From Microcoleus sp. (GTDB lineage: Bacteria > Cyanobacteriota > Cyanobacteriia > Cyanobacteriales > Microcoleaceae), in the NCBI GenBank assembly GCA_042408215.1, contig JAYFMW010000005.1:384001-448000 (forward strand): 64,000 nt of DNA, read 5' to 3'. A model generated the notes under the pieces. The model was given only the letters and a program-made list of their open reading frames with translations, was not told the DNA's origin and ran no database searches. Shown piece by piece: positions 32,559 through 42,739 of the stretch. The translations under genes were made by a program, and so were the position numbers. Position 1 is the first letter of the stretch; each line of letters opens with the position of its first letter.

Positions 32559-35186
32559 CTACAGCCTGAGCGAAGTCGAAGTCAACGCCGCCATAATTTG
32601 TCCTGCGGCAATACCACCATCGTTAGGTGGAATTTGATGATGACAATAGGGCTGAAATCCTGCTTGCTGCAATTTGTACATCGCTCTCTCGGTTAAATAT
32701 TGATTTTGGAAACAGCCTCCTGTCAAAAGGATTTGCTCGATCCCGAATTGCTTTGCTACGATCGCGATCGCTTCCACCAAGGTATTATGAAATTTGGCGG
32801 CGATTGTTTCAAGTGTAATCTCGGTTTTCCTATCTTCTAATATAGCTTGAATAAGCGGCGACCAGTCAATTTCTCCTTGATTCTTAACATCAAATTTAAT
32901 GTTAAGTTTGTAAGAGTCGGAAGTGTTGGCACGACTGCAAAGGTTTTCTAAGGCGATCGCCGCTTGTCCTTCAAAACTAGCGATTTGGCAAATACCCAGC
33001 AGAGAGGCGATCGCATCGAATAACCTGCCCATACTAGAAGTTTGTGGTATGTCGCTCTGCTTGGTTAATAAAGTTTTGAATATTGCTAATTCGGCCACTG
33101 TGAAGGCCTGTAAGGGCGCTAAATCGCGATTCCAGAGGCGATCGCCCAACATCTCCCATAAGAGCCCTAATGCGACGCGACGCGGTTCTTTCGCCGCTTT
33201 ATCGCCACCTAAGAGTTTAAACTTTCGCAGATGTGCGACACGCTCAAAGCCAGAATTTGTCACCTTGAGAAACTCCCCACCCCACATCGTACCATCGGTG
33301 CCGTAACCCGTGCCATCCCAAGCAATACCTAATACAGGCGGTTTGAGTTGATTGTCTGCCATACCAGCGAGAACATGAGCATAGTGGTGTTGTACAGGAA
33401 TTAGGGGAATTTGTAAAGATTGCGATAGCTGCTGCGCGTATTGACTAGAGAGATAATCGGGATGAGCATCACAGGCGATCGCTTCAGGATGGAATTCATA
33501 AGCCTCGCTCAATTGGTTAATGATGCGTTGAAAATGCTCAAAAGATTTTAGAGTCTCCAAATCGCCAATGTGTTGACTAATGACAATTGAATTAGCGCTT
33601 GAATTACTAATAGAAAAGGCGATCGTATTTTTGAGATGTCCACCCAGAGCGAGAATGTTCTGAGGCGATTTCTGATCGTTAAAATCTCGGATAATTTGAC
33701 TTCGACTACGCTCAGTCAAAGTTGGAATTGGCTCAGTCAACGTTGGAATTGGCTCAGTCAAAGTTGGAATTGGCTCAGTCAACGTTGGAATTGGCTCAGT
33801 CAACGTTGGAATTGGCTCAGTCAACTTTGGAATTGGCTCAGTCAAAGTTGGAATTGGCTCAGTCAACTTTGGAATTGGCTCAGTCAACTTTGGAATTGGC
33901 TCAGTCAAAGTTGGAATTGGCTCAGTCAACTTTGGACTTGGCTCAGTCAACGTTGGCTGAGCGAAGTCGAAGCCAACGTTGGTAGATGAGATGATAATCG
34001 GTGACGGCGCATAACCTCTAGCACGTCGCAACAGTACGGGGCGATCGCTAATTACGCGCACCACCGAATCATCGACAGGTTGAGAAATTCCCCGATTATG
34101 CAACAGAAATAAATCGGCAATATTTCCTAAATTGGCGATCGCTTCTCGATTATCAATACAAATCGGTTCATCAGAAAGATTGCCGCTAGTAGCAACAATC
34201 GGAAATTGCAATTCTGCCATTAATAAGTGATGGAGTGGTGTATAGGGCAACATTGCGCCCATACAGGAATTATTGGGTGATATCAGGTTAAGTCTATTGT
34301 TGTGAGGTAGCTTTTGGAGGAGAACGATCGGTGCTTCAGGCGATCGTAATAACTGCGCTTCCACTTCCGATACTTGACAATCTGTTTGAATGCTCTCTAG
34401 ATTGGGATACATCAGCGCCAAAGGCTTATGGGGGCGGTGTTTACGTTTTCTTAGCTGAGTTACTGCCTCTAAATTAGCAGCATCTACAACTAGATGAAAA
34501 CCCCCTAATCCTTTGATTGCCAAAATTTTGCCTAATCGAATCGCCTCAGCAGTTTCTAATAGAGCGCGATCGCCTGTTGCTAATACTTGGCGATCGCGAT
34601 TCCAGAGCTCTAAGTGTGGGCCACAGCGAGGGCAAGCGTTTGGTTGAGCGTGAAACCGCCTATTTAAGGGATTGTGGTATTCGGCTTCGCAATCCGCGCA
34701 CATTTGGAAGTCGTGCATTGTGGTGTTGTGGCGATCGTAAGGTAGTGCGCTGATAATGCTATAGCGCGGGCCGCAGTTAGTGCAGTTAGTGAAAGGATAG
34801 CGATCGCGCCGGTTAGCAGCATCAAAGATCTCACGCAAGCAATCGTCACAGGTGGCAATATCTGGCAGGATTACAGCCGTTTTTTTGTGAGAATTATTAG
34901 ATGATTCCCGAATCTCAAATGTCTGATAATTTAGCGGTTCTTTCCATGCGCTAATCATACTGTGAATTTGCGATCGCGCTGGCTTCTCTTGTTGCAAACG
35001 TTCTTGAAATAGATTGAGTTGGCTCGCATTACCTTCCACTTCAATCGCCACACCCTGAGCGTTATTATTCACCCATCCTTTCAGATCCAATTCTGTCGCA
35101 AGGCGATAGACAAAGGGGCGAAAACCAACTCCCTGAACTGCTCCATGAATTGTTAAACTCAACAGCTTTAGCTTTTGACTTCCCAT
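32559..35186 (-). CDS. hypF: Carbamoyltransferase HypF with an in-frame 7-aa tandem repeat insert
   Basis: GAVQGVGFRPF, C-x2-C zinc fingers, KGLGGFHL, RRARGYAP, QHHYAH, DGTGYG, PPNDGGI. Confidence 0.95.
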   Translation of the reverse strand: MGSQKLKLLSLTIHGAVQGVGFRPFVYRLATELDLKGWVNNNAQGVAIEVEGNASQLNLFQERLQQEKPARSQIHSMISAWKEPLNYQTFEIRESSNNSHKKTAVILPDIATCDDCLREIFDAANRRDRYPFTNCTNCGPRYSIISALPYDRHNTTMHDFQMCADCEAEYHNPLNRRFHAQPNACPRCGPHLELWNRDRQVLATGDRALLETAEAIRLGKILAIKGLGGFHLVVDAANLEAVTQLRKRKHRPHKPLALMYPNLESIQTDCQVSEVEAQLLRSPEAPIVLLQKLPHNNRLNLISPNNSCMGAMLPYTPLHHLLMAELQFPIVATSGNLSDEPICIDNREAIANLGNIADLFLLHNRGISQPVDDSVVRVISDRPVLLRRARGYAPSPIIISSTNVGFDFAQPTLTEPSPKLTEPIPTLTEPIPKLTEPIPKLTEPIPTLTEPIPKLTEPIPTLTEPIPTLTEPIPTLTEPIPTLTEPIPTLTERSRSQIIRDFNDQKSPQNILALGGHLKNTIAFSISNSSANSIVISQHIGDLETLKSFEHFQRIINQLSEAYEFHPEAIACDAHPDYLSSQYAQQLSQSLQIPLIPVQHHYAHVLAGMADNQLKPPVLGIAWDGTGYGTDGTMWGGEFLKVTNSGFERVAHLRKFKLLGGDKAAKEPRRVALGLLWEMLGDRLWNRDLAPLQAFTVAELAIFKTLLTKQSDIPQTSSMGRLFDAIASLLGICQIASFEGQAAIALENLCSRANTSDSYKLNIKFDVKNQGEIDWSPLIQAILEDRKTEITLETIAAKFHNTLVEAIAIVAKQFGIEQILLTGGCFQNQYLTERAMYKLQQAGFQPYCHHQIPPNDGGIAAGQIMAALTSTSLRL
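33698..33974. repeat. 21-bp tandem repeat (11 full units plus a partial one) inside a gacttcgactacgctcag.../...ctgagcgaagtcgaagcc palindrome
   Basis: Unit ctcagtcaa(a/c)(g/t)ttggaattgg starting at 33711; encodes (LTEPIP[T/K])n in HypF. Confidence 0.95.
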
Positions 35187-35314
35187 TAAGATCACCTATA
35201 ACTGTTAACTGTTCACCTATAACTGTTCACTGTTCACCTATAACTGTTCACTGTTAATACCAATTTAATGGGTCGTTGCATATATCTCGATCCCCCTAAA
35301 TCCCCCTTAATAAG

Positions 35315-35470
35315 CAGGGCTGTTTCATTCTCTTGTAGGGGCGGTGCCAAGAGTGCCCGCCCCAATCTCTGAAACACATACAAAATCGTGGACGAAGAGG
35401 GTAGGCACGGGGAGTAGGGGTCGCACTACCCCTACAAAATCATCGTTTTCCTGAGAATGAAACAGCCCTG
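35315..35470. mobile_element. 156-bp MITE with perfect 18-bp TIRs and 10-bp target duplication (ISAs1-like signature)
   Basis: TIR cagggctgtttcattctc; TSD ccttaataag at 35305-35314 and 35471-35480; nested in a gatccccctaaatccccc repeat. Confidence 0.85.
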
Positions 35471-35568
35471 CCTTAATAAGGGGTGACGAAAGAGCAGAAT
35501 CTTGTTCCCCCCTTATTAAGGGGGGTTAGGGGGGATCAGATTCTATGCAGCCTCATAAAAAACTGGTA

Positions 35569-35668
35569 TAACTGTTCACTGTTAACTGTTCACTGTTAAC
35601 TGTTAACTGTTCACTGTTAACTGTTCACTGTTAACTGTTCACTGTTCACTGTTAACTGTTCACTGTTA
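35569..35668. repeat. Heptamer tandem repeat (AACTGTT/CACTGTT)n overlapping the hypB stop; a second tract at about 35196-35257
   Basis: Directly visible. Confidence 0.85.
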
Positions 35669-36479
35669 CCTTTGTTTGCAGAAGTTCGCACCAATTTTCC
35701 ATCCCTTCGCCTGTTTTAGCGGAAACTTCTAAAATTTTGGCTTGGGGCGCAATTTGTCGGATATTCTGCCAAGCTAACTCTCGATTAAATTCTACTGCTT
35801 CCGCCAGATCTATTTTGCTAATCAGCACGATATCGGCGGTTTTGAACATGACAGGATATTTCAACGGTTTATCTTCGCCTTCTGTTACCGAAAAGAGCAC
35901 GACGCGCAGATGTTCACCGAGGTCGTAAGCAGCAGGACAGACGAGATTTCCGACATTCTCGATCGCCAACAACTTCACACCGTCAAGGTGCATTTGCTGC
36001 AAAGCTCGCGAGATCATTTCTGCTTCCAAATGACAGACTGTTCCCGTGGTAATTTGAATTACTTCTGCACCCGATCGCTGCAACCTTTTAGCATCATTAT
36101 CTGTCGCCAAATCGCCGACAATTATTGCTGACTTCAGGCGATCGCGCAATTCAGTCATTGTCCGTTCCAGCAAGGCCGTTTTCCCTGCGCCCGGTGAAGA
36201 AAGTACATTCAAAACGCTTAAACCTTTTGCCAGGAAATAACCGCGATTGCGCTCGGCCCATCGGTCATTTTGCGAAAGAATTGATTGAGCGATCGAAATT
36301 GTGCGCCGATCGCTTTCTAGGGTAATATGTTCGCGATCGTGTTCGTGAGGATGAATATGATCGTGAGGGTGTTCGCGATCGTGAGGATGAATATGATCGT
36401 GAGAATGCTCATGATTACCGTGAGTGTGAATCTTGACCATTCCTTCAGGAATAACACTACAACCGCAGTCTTGGCACAT
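35652..36479 (-). CDS. hypB: Hydrogenase nickel incorporation GTPase HypB
   Basis: MCQDCGC, His-rich N-terminus, [30 protein letters not shown]. Confidence 0.96.
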   Translation of the reverse strand: MCQDCGCSVIPEGMVKIHTHGNHEHSHDHIHPHDREHPHDHIHPHEHDREHITLESDRRTISIAQSILSQNDRWAERNRGYFLAKGLSVLNVLSSPGAGKTALLERTMTELRDRLKSAIIVGDLATDNDAKRLQRSGAEVIQITTGTVCHLEAEMISRALQQMHLDGVKLLAIENVGNLVCPAAYDLGEHLRVVLFSVTEGEDKPLKYPVMFKTADIVLISKIDLAEAVEFNRELAWQNIRQIAPQAKILEVSAKTGEGMENWCELLQTKVTVNS

Positions 36480-36480
36480 A

Positions 36481-36834
36481 TTATGAAACCTCTATAGAAA
36501 TTAGCTGCAATTCTCTACCTTGGCGAATCTCGCGGCTAATGCGATCGCACCGAGGACAGACATAAACCCAATCGAGGGGCGTAAATTCTGCTTGGCATTC
36601 GGGACAATAGCATACAGCCTTCACCCATTCAATCTCTAGCTTAGCATCAGCAGCGATCGTACCTTGCGTACAAGAGGCAAAAGCAAACTGCAAAGCTTCA
36701 GGTACAACTCCCGAAATCTCCCCCACGCGCAAATTTAACTGGTGGATTTTTGTGTGCTCCTGTGGTGTTTCCGAAGAGCGCGCTTGGCTAAAAGCAATGT
36801 CTAGCATTGATTGGATGATACTAATTTCGTGCAT
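36481..36834 (-). CDS. hypA: Hydrogenase nickel metallochaperone HypA
   Basis: MHE, C-x2-C...CP-x-C, G-x-EL. Confidence 0.95.
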   Translation of the reverse strand: MHEISIIQSMLDIAFSQARSSETPQEHTKIHQLNLRVGEISGVVPEALQFAFASCTQGTIAADAKLEIEWVKAVCYCPECQAEFTPLDWVYVCPRCDRISREIRQGRELQLISIEVS

Positions 36835-37337
36835 AGTGTTCTGATGAAATCGACGGCTTGCTCAATACTTTTGCTGGTTATGTCGGATAATTGTTCGCCA
36901 AATTCCCAGTTCACCCCTGGCAACAACAGCGAGTATACTACAGGAGTGTTACCGTAAACTTGTTGAGCTAATAAAAGTAGCGATCGCGGATCGGATAGAT
37001 GCCCGATCCCCGCAGTTAGATCGTTAGCTGACAAGCCATTTGCTAGGTTTTCCGTCAACAAAATTTTCTGTACTTGCATTGTCGGCTTTGATTTCGTCTG
37101 CTGACTAACAAAATCACTAACATTATTACTAACACAAGCATCGACAAAAATTGTCAGATCAGATTGGGCGATCGGCTCAGCCAGTTCAGGCGTGAGTTGA
37201 TGCACAGTTAGCGATCGCACATAGGGCAAATCCCAGCTAGCCACAATATCTGCCACCCGACACCCAGCACCGTCATCGCTTCTAAGGGAATTGCCATAGC
37301 CAATGACAAGAATCGTTTCACAATTAGAATTAGCCAA
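36801..37337 (-). CDS. hoxW: Hydrogenase maturation protease (HoxW-type)
   Basis: IGYGN-x-LRSDDG-x-G, HQLTPELA, FVDA, H-x2-DP. Confidence 0.85.
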   Translation of the reverse strand: MANSNCETILVIGYGNSLRSDDGAGCRVADIVASWDLPYVRSLTVHQLTPELAEPIAQSDLTIFVDACVSNNVSDFVSQQTKSKPTMQVQKILLTENLANGLSANDLTAGIGHLSDPRSLLLLAQQVYGNTPVVYSLLLPGVNWEFGEQLSDITSKSIEQAVDFIRTLCTKLVSSNQC

Positions 37338-38297
37338 TTTTTTGAGTTCTTTAAGTAATGTTTAATGGAGCGGTTTACCAAGAATGCAATGCTCGCAACT
37401 GGGGTGTTTTTTTCGACTGGTGGGCTTCCATCCGAGTCAGGACATCATCCAGAATGGTGATGGCTTCAGCAATAAACGGGCCTTTATTTAACATGACGCA
37501 CTCAGCGCGTTCAGCCATTGCTGCATCCGTCATCTCTCCCCGTGAAGGTGCTCCATTTTTGACCAAGCTTTCTAGCACTTGCGTTGCCCAGATTACAGGA
37601 ACATGAGCTGCTTCGCAAAGCCAGAGAATTTCTTCTTGAATCTCGCTCAATCGTTGGTATCCGATTTCAACGGCTAAGTCACCTCTAGCAATCATCACGC
37701 CAAATGATTGTTTACCCGCCGCATGAATGATTAATTCTGGCAGATTACAAACCGCGATCGAAGTTTCAATCTTTGCCACGATCGCCGGACTGGTTAAACT
37801 TCCTCCTAAACGGCGATTCAACTCTTGTTGAAGTAACTCAATATCGGCCGCTCGCTGCACAAAAGAGTAACCAATAATATCTGCGTGAATGGCGACAAAA
37901 TCCAGGTCACATAAATCTTTCGCAGTCAGGGGACTAAGCGGCAAGATTGTGTTCGGAAAATTTAACCCCTTTTCGGGTCGAAGTTTGACCCCTTTTGGGC
38001 TAGCATGAGTAACTTGCAATAACAGTCCTAGTTGCCCATCTGGTAATGGGAATTGAGTGTCAATCACGCGAGTCCGTATCTTGCCATCATCAATATACAG
38101 GGGTGCGTCAACAACTAATAAATCGAGAATTTCGGGAACCGTACAGCAAAATTGGAAATTGTCTACAGGTGATGGGATTGGCTCACCTGACTCTACTTCA
38201 CTTCCGGGTTCAGGTACGCACCGCGACAGCAAGATCCTGACGGTGTTACGCTTTACAACCCTGAACAAACAGGGCATACGCGATAGCAATACTCTCA

Positions 38298-39455
38298 CTA
38301 TTGATAGAGAGAGCTCTCGTAGCCGTCCCTCAAAGCTCGAATCATAATGTTTCGAGCGCCGCCCCAATCTCGGTCATGTTCGTGACCGCAGTTGGGGCAT
38401 TTAAATGTTTTTGAACCACCAAGCTTTGAATGTTTGTGTCCGCATTTGGTGCAAGTTTTGCTAGTGTAGGATTCGTTAACGTCAATAACAACAACACCCC
38501 GTTTTTTAGCTGATTGCTTGAGGTGGCATTCAAAACGATAATGCCCCCAAGTGAGCATCTGCCTAGCAGTCTTGGTGCGTAACTTGCGCTTTGATTTAAC
38601 AACCATTTGTGATGTTTCAAATGTAGGCAGCAATATGACTTTGTATTGACTTGTCAGGTAATTAACTACCTGCTTGTGGCACTCATCAACTAAGTTGCGA
38701 ATCCTGATTCTCAGCTTGCTTGCCGCTTTTAGCATCCGGCGTTTCTGCTTTCTACTAGCTTTTGACACACGTCCCATTAGTTTGTCAAGGTGAGAACACA
38801 ATCTTTGAATGCGTCCAATGTCTGCCTTACCAAATTCTTGAAATGAGTCACCGTCGTAGCCAGTTAAAAAAGTTCTAACGCCAGGGTCAAGTGCAATTAC
38901 CTTATCCAGTTCCTTCGTCCTCACCTCTTCTGTTACTGGGATACAAGCGAACCATCGCTTTTTGTCTCTAATAAGTTGGGTCGCAAACTCGGTCTTTTGA
39001 ATTGGCTCTGTACTTCTAAAGCTAAGCCCTTTAACTAAGGATGGGAACCAAGTCTCGCCGTTGAAATTAACCTTGTGGAATTTGATTGATTGCGAGGGTT
39101 GACGGCAACTCCTAAAATTTGCCTCTCCTTTTACAAACTTGGCTTGTTTCCAGGCATCCCAAGCGTCAAAAATAGCATTTTCTTTTGGGTGAGACGGTGC
39201 TGACTTAACCCAATCAGGTAAGTCCAGTCCTAACACGTAGTCCCTCAAAGAATAAGCACTGGTTATTTTTTCGCCTGCTTTCAAGGCTGCAATAGCCTTG
39301 TTGTAGCAGTAACGCGATGCTGATAGCCAAGACTTCCATTTTTGGTGCAGTCCCAGCTCAGGATAAACCCGAATCTTAAGTGTTTTGTTGGGCGACTTCT
39401 TCTCCTTCTTGTGCCTTGGATTCGACTTGTAACTCCTGCTTGATTTGGTTTTCAA
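38298..39455 (-). CDS. tnpB: TnpB (IS607-type)
   Basis: LKIRVYP, ALDPGVRTF, LPTFETSQM, ESYTSKTC-x2-CG, C-x2-CG-x3-DRD-x-GGARN; TTG start at 39455 inferred, overlapping the tnpA end. Confidence 0.9.
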   Translation of the reverse strand: MKTKSSRSYKSNPRHKKEKKSPNKTLKIRVYPELGLHQKWKSWLSASRYCYNKAIAALKAGEKITSAYSLRDYVLGLDLPDWVKSAPSHPKENAIFDAWDAWKQAKFVKGEANFRSCRQPSQSIKFHKVNFNGETWFPSLVKGLSFRSTEPIQKTEFATQLIRDKKRWFACIPVTEEVRTKELDKVIALDPGVRTFLTGYDGDSFQEFGKADIGRIQRLCSHLDKLMGRVSKASRKQKRRMLKAASKLRIRIRNLVDECHKQVVNYLTSQYKVILLPTFETSQMVVKSKRKLRTKTARQMLTWGHYRFECHLKQSAKKRGVVVIDVNESYTSKTCTKCGHKHSKLGGSKTFKCPNCGHEHDRDWGGARNIMIRALRDGYESSLYQ

Positions 39456-40003
39456 GTCTTCTAATGGAGTAAAGTCGGCTGGAAAAGCTGTGGAGGATTG
39501 CGACGATATCTTGAACGAGTTCGGCGTGTGGAGAGAGACTGATTTGGTTGAGAACCACGATTTTGCAGTCAAATTGCTCACAGAGCCATTCGATAATGTC
39601 GAATCCGAATCTTGCAAGTCGGTCTTTGTGGGGCAACCACAATAATTGCGATATCACCTCGCAGAACTCGTCCCAAAAGCTTGATGAGTCCTTTCCTCCT
39701 AAAATTGAGTCCTCCTCCCACTTCCTTAACGACTTCAGCGCCTGGGTAGAGCGTTGATAGTCGTTCAACTTGTCGATCGAGGTCTGCCTTTTGTGGTCTG
39801 GTAGAGACGCGAGCATAGACAACAGTGGCGCGTCCAGAGTCTGGCTCTGATTCCTGTTTGATGAACTTTTCGATGTCGTACCGTCTTTGACCTGACGGCG
39901 TTTTGACGGTGGAGATATTGCCGTTTGCTTCCCATCGTCTGAGGGTTCGCAGGCAAACTCCCAGAGTGTTAGCTGCTTCATTGGGTTTCACATATTTAGC
40001 CAT
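39376..40003 (-). pseudogene. tnpA: IS607 transposase TnpA (MerR-type HTH + serine recombinase) with +1 frameshift
   Basis: GVCLRTLRRWE HTH, YARVST catalytic Ser, VVA|HKDRLARFGF joined by removing one base of the G4 run at 39630-39633. Confidence 0.9.
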
Positions 40004-40827
40004 AGGAAAACTTTCGCACCATATGTGCTTGTTGTCCAGCTTTTTCCAATTAATTAATTATTAGAGGCTAACCGATCGCCTCGAAACACCCGTTTTTGAG
40101 CCCGTGGCGCAAGTACCGATCCCGTGCGGATTTTGGGGCCTCCTAAGTCCATCATCACTTTACAACAGGTTCCGAGCTCCTGTTCCGCTTGACGAATACG
40201 ATCGATCATGCGCTCCCATACCTCGGTGGAATCGTGGGCGCAGTTAATTCGCAAGCAGTTAGCACCCCGTCGGACAAGTTCTCGCACAAAAGCATAGTCT
40301 GTGGCAGCTTCGGTAGGTAATGTGACCATAATTCTGACTTGGCGATGAGTCAAGGTTGGCCCGAATAATTCCTCGGTGTGCTGTCGCAGTAAACGATTCC
40401 CCTCAAAAAAGGACTCGATCGCAGGGCGGTGGAGCACCTCGTCAGAGTCTTTGCCGCAAATGACTTGCAATGTGGCAATAACGGCATCGAGATTGGGCAT
40501 TACCCGCGCTTCAATCCGTCCTAAGGATGATAAGCCCCAAGGCATTAGAGCGGCTTGGAGTTCGCGTAGATCGTGCTGTCGTAATGCTAGATACTGAGCT
40601 AAATTCAAAGCACTAGAAAGAAACTCAGTCCGCTGAATGTGCGATCGCCATTGGCTAAAGGTGGCTTGTCCTTCGCTTTCAACAGTCTGTCGCAGTGCTT
40701 GCAGAGTCGATAGCAAGACCTGTGGACTAGATAGATGCAACGGTTTAGCACTAAGTTCTTTCATTTGGGCTAATCATAGATCAAAGACTCCTGAGTAGAT
40801 GCGCGCGACCTTTGAACTCAATTATAT

Positions 40828-41150
40828 ATTTTGGACAGTCCCCGGTCTCGCATACGCGGGGATTCTTGAGGACAAGTTTTGGGGAATGAATCCGCCCAAA
40901 TTTTTATTCTTAAAGGGTTTGTCTATTACCCACTCCCCACATCGCGAGATTATTTAGACTGTGGCTAATGTTGCTTTCCTGATGATTTTGACCGCACCAT
41001 TAACGTCTGCATTGATGAATGATCCAGTGTTACATCGGTACAAACCTCCCTTGATTCCTTTACCCGAAGGTTGCCAGTTGTCGGGTTTTTCACCGACATT
41101 TACTGGCAGAAAGTCTCGGTCTAAAAAACTACTTTTAGAGGTATCAAGCG
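40828..41150 (-). pseudogene. 3' remnant of a tnpB gene plus right-end-like sequence
   Basis: TSKSSFLDRD...GLYR...INADVNGA; downstream aagaatccccgcg...gactgtccaa. Confidence 0.75.
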
Positions 41151-41183
41151 ATCGGAGCAAATCTCATCGCTGATGCTGTTTAC

Positions 41184-42377
41184 CTACTGATCGTCAATGC
41201 TCGTTTCTCCCACATAGATACCGATGTCCCGCGCCGTTCGCACCAAAAAACCTTGAGGATCGACCCGCGAAGGTGCTTTATTCTCTCTGCGTCCCTTTTT
41301 AATTTGCTCGATCACACGGCTGATCGGCACGCTGCTCACCCTGCCATTTTGCCAAATTACCATCTGGTTGTAGTTACCGTTAGCAATTAAATTTACTGCT
41401 TCCCGACCAAAAGCAGTAGCCAGGAGTCGATCGGTCGAAGTTGGATTTCCTCCTCTCTGTAAGTGTCCCAGTAAAGTAACGCGAGTATCGAGGGTGGGAA
41501 GGCTCAACGAATCTGGCAAATCGGTATTGTGAGACTGGCTACTGTACTCCTGAATGCGCTGCGCCAAGTAGTCACCGATGTAATGTTCCTTTTGACCGAG
41601 ATGATTTGTGACTCCTTCCGCCACCACCACAAGAGCAAACCTGCGCCCCTGCTTGTGCAATTTAGCAATGTGATGGCAGATTCCCTGAATTACAGATTCA
41701 TCCAAAATGGGAGTTAGTTCGGGAATGAGAATGGCATCTGCGCCACCCGCAATTCCTGCTTCCAAGGCTAAATAACCAGCATCTCTTCCCATCACCTGCA
41801 CTAACATGACGCGATCGTGACTAGCAGCAGTGAACGTTAGATCGTAAAGAGCTTGGGTAACGCGATTAACTGCGGTATCAAAACCAACCGATGCTTCTGT
41901 AAACGGAATGTCATTATCTATGGTTTTGGGGACGGCGACCCAGTTCCAAGCTTTGCCTTGTTCAGCAGCTTTTTGAGCTAAATTTTCTAAAATTTCGATA
42001 CTACCATCCCCACCCATTCCAATGAGGGCCGTTAATCCCAACTTCTCATAACCTCGAATGATCTCGTCCGCATGGAGTTCTGGATCGCCTTTGCTAATCG
42101 ATCCCAAAACACTACCACTGAGAAAATGGAGAATATCTAATCCCTGTACTAATCCGGGGATATCATAGCCGTGATCTCTAATCCTCAAGTCCTCTGGCTG
42201 GCGTTTGCCTAAAAGTACCTCTATGAAGCCATCGGTTCCATAGGGAATGCCATAGACATCCCAACCGTATTTATACGTCGCCACCTTCACAACTGCACGA
42301 ATGACAGCGTTGAGTCCAGGACAATCTCCCCCACTGGTCAGGATACCGATACGTTTAGGCTTGTGGCTATTTACCAT
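41184..42377 (-). CDS. pfkA: 6-phosphofructokinase
   Basis: LTSGGDCPGLNA, GGDGS, PKTIDND, VMGRDAG, LGHLQRGG. Confidence 0.93.
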   Translation of the reverse strand: MVNSHKPKRIGILTSGGDCPGLNAVIRAVVKVATYKYGWDVYGIPYGTDGFIEVLLGKRQPEDLRIRDHGYDIPGLVQGLDILHFLSGSVLGSISKGDPELHADEIIRGYEKLGLTALIGMGGDGSIEILENLAQKAAEQGKAWNWVAVPKTIDNDIPFTEASVGFDTAVNRVTQALYDLTFTAASHDRVMLVQVMGRDAGYLALEAGIAGGADAILIPELTPILDESVIQGICHHIAKLHKQGRRFALVVVAEGVTNHLGQKEHYIGDYLAQRIQEYSSQSHNTDLPDSLSLPTLDTRVTLLGHLQRGGNPTSTDRLLATAFGREAVNLIANGNYNQMVIWQNGRVSSVPISRVIEQIKKGRRENKAPSRVDPQGFLVRTARDIGIYVGETSIDDQ

Positions 42378-42648
42378 TAGATTTTCCTATCTACTGATTA
42401 TCTAATCAATCTAACTTAAACGAATGAGAATTCTATCTCACCTAATATTCTCGCCTTTAGATTGACGAATTCTATCCTTAAACAAAAGTTAAGAAAATCT
42501 CTCAATTTTTGCAACATAAGTTCACAATCACCCCTAAGTATTTAAGTTTTATGTTTTTTTCGCCACTTTCAACCAGAAATTAGAGAATGGAATAGACACA
42601 GTGCAAAATACCTCCACTTGAACAATAAAGGTGTTGTTTATGCTGTCG

Positions 42649-42739
42649 GTCAGCACCCCGCTCTTTCAGAGACGGGGCCATTACAGCCTCCAACTTTAGA
42701 TAGCTGACCAGCCTAAGTCCCGCCAGGACTAGGTTTAAC
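42649..42739 (+). ncRNA. 5' fragment of an IS200/IS605-type HEARO/omegaRNA, truncated by a nested IS
   Basis: gtcagcaccccgctctttcagagacggggc...ctgaccagcctaagtc...gacta, same layout as the element starting at 55265. Confidence 0.65.

Larger units (their letters stand above)
38238..40071 (-). mobile_element. IS607-family element (serine recombinase tnpA + tnpB)
   Basis: GG dinucleotide at both junctions (top-strand CC at 38236-38237 and 40072-40073), no longer duplication; exact excision restores pyk. Confidence 0.93.
37375..40764 (-). pseudogene. pyk: Pyruvate kinase interrupted by IS607
   Basis: N-part 40764-40072 (RINCAHD, DLGGPKIRTG) and C-part 38235-37375 (AKIET, MIARGDLAVE, ATQVLES, ECVMLNKG) join in frame as ...FRGDR|ILLSRC. 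Confidence 0.92.

Noticed and set aside
33711..33955. Possible CRISPR array
   Set aside because: Units are contiguous 21-mers with no unique spacers, lie in frame within hypF, and no cas genes are present.
33636..33989. Plus-strand ORFs with WNWLSQ / LELAQS repeats
   Set aside because: Antisense read-outs of the hypF tandem repeat with no independent coding evidence.
37375..38367. ORF-track 330-aa protein as a complete gene
   Set aside because: Its first about 44 codons are IS607 right-end sequence; the rest is the C-terminal half of the split pyk.
38298..39617. 439-aa TnpB start, and 39376-39981 as an independent ORF
   Set aside because: The upstream extensions are alternative frames of the frameshifted tnpA.
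38238..40071. IStron (group I intron-IS607 chimera) that would splice out of pyk
   Set aside because: Only about 68 bp separate the left junction from the tnpA start, leaving no room for a group I intron core.
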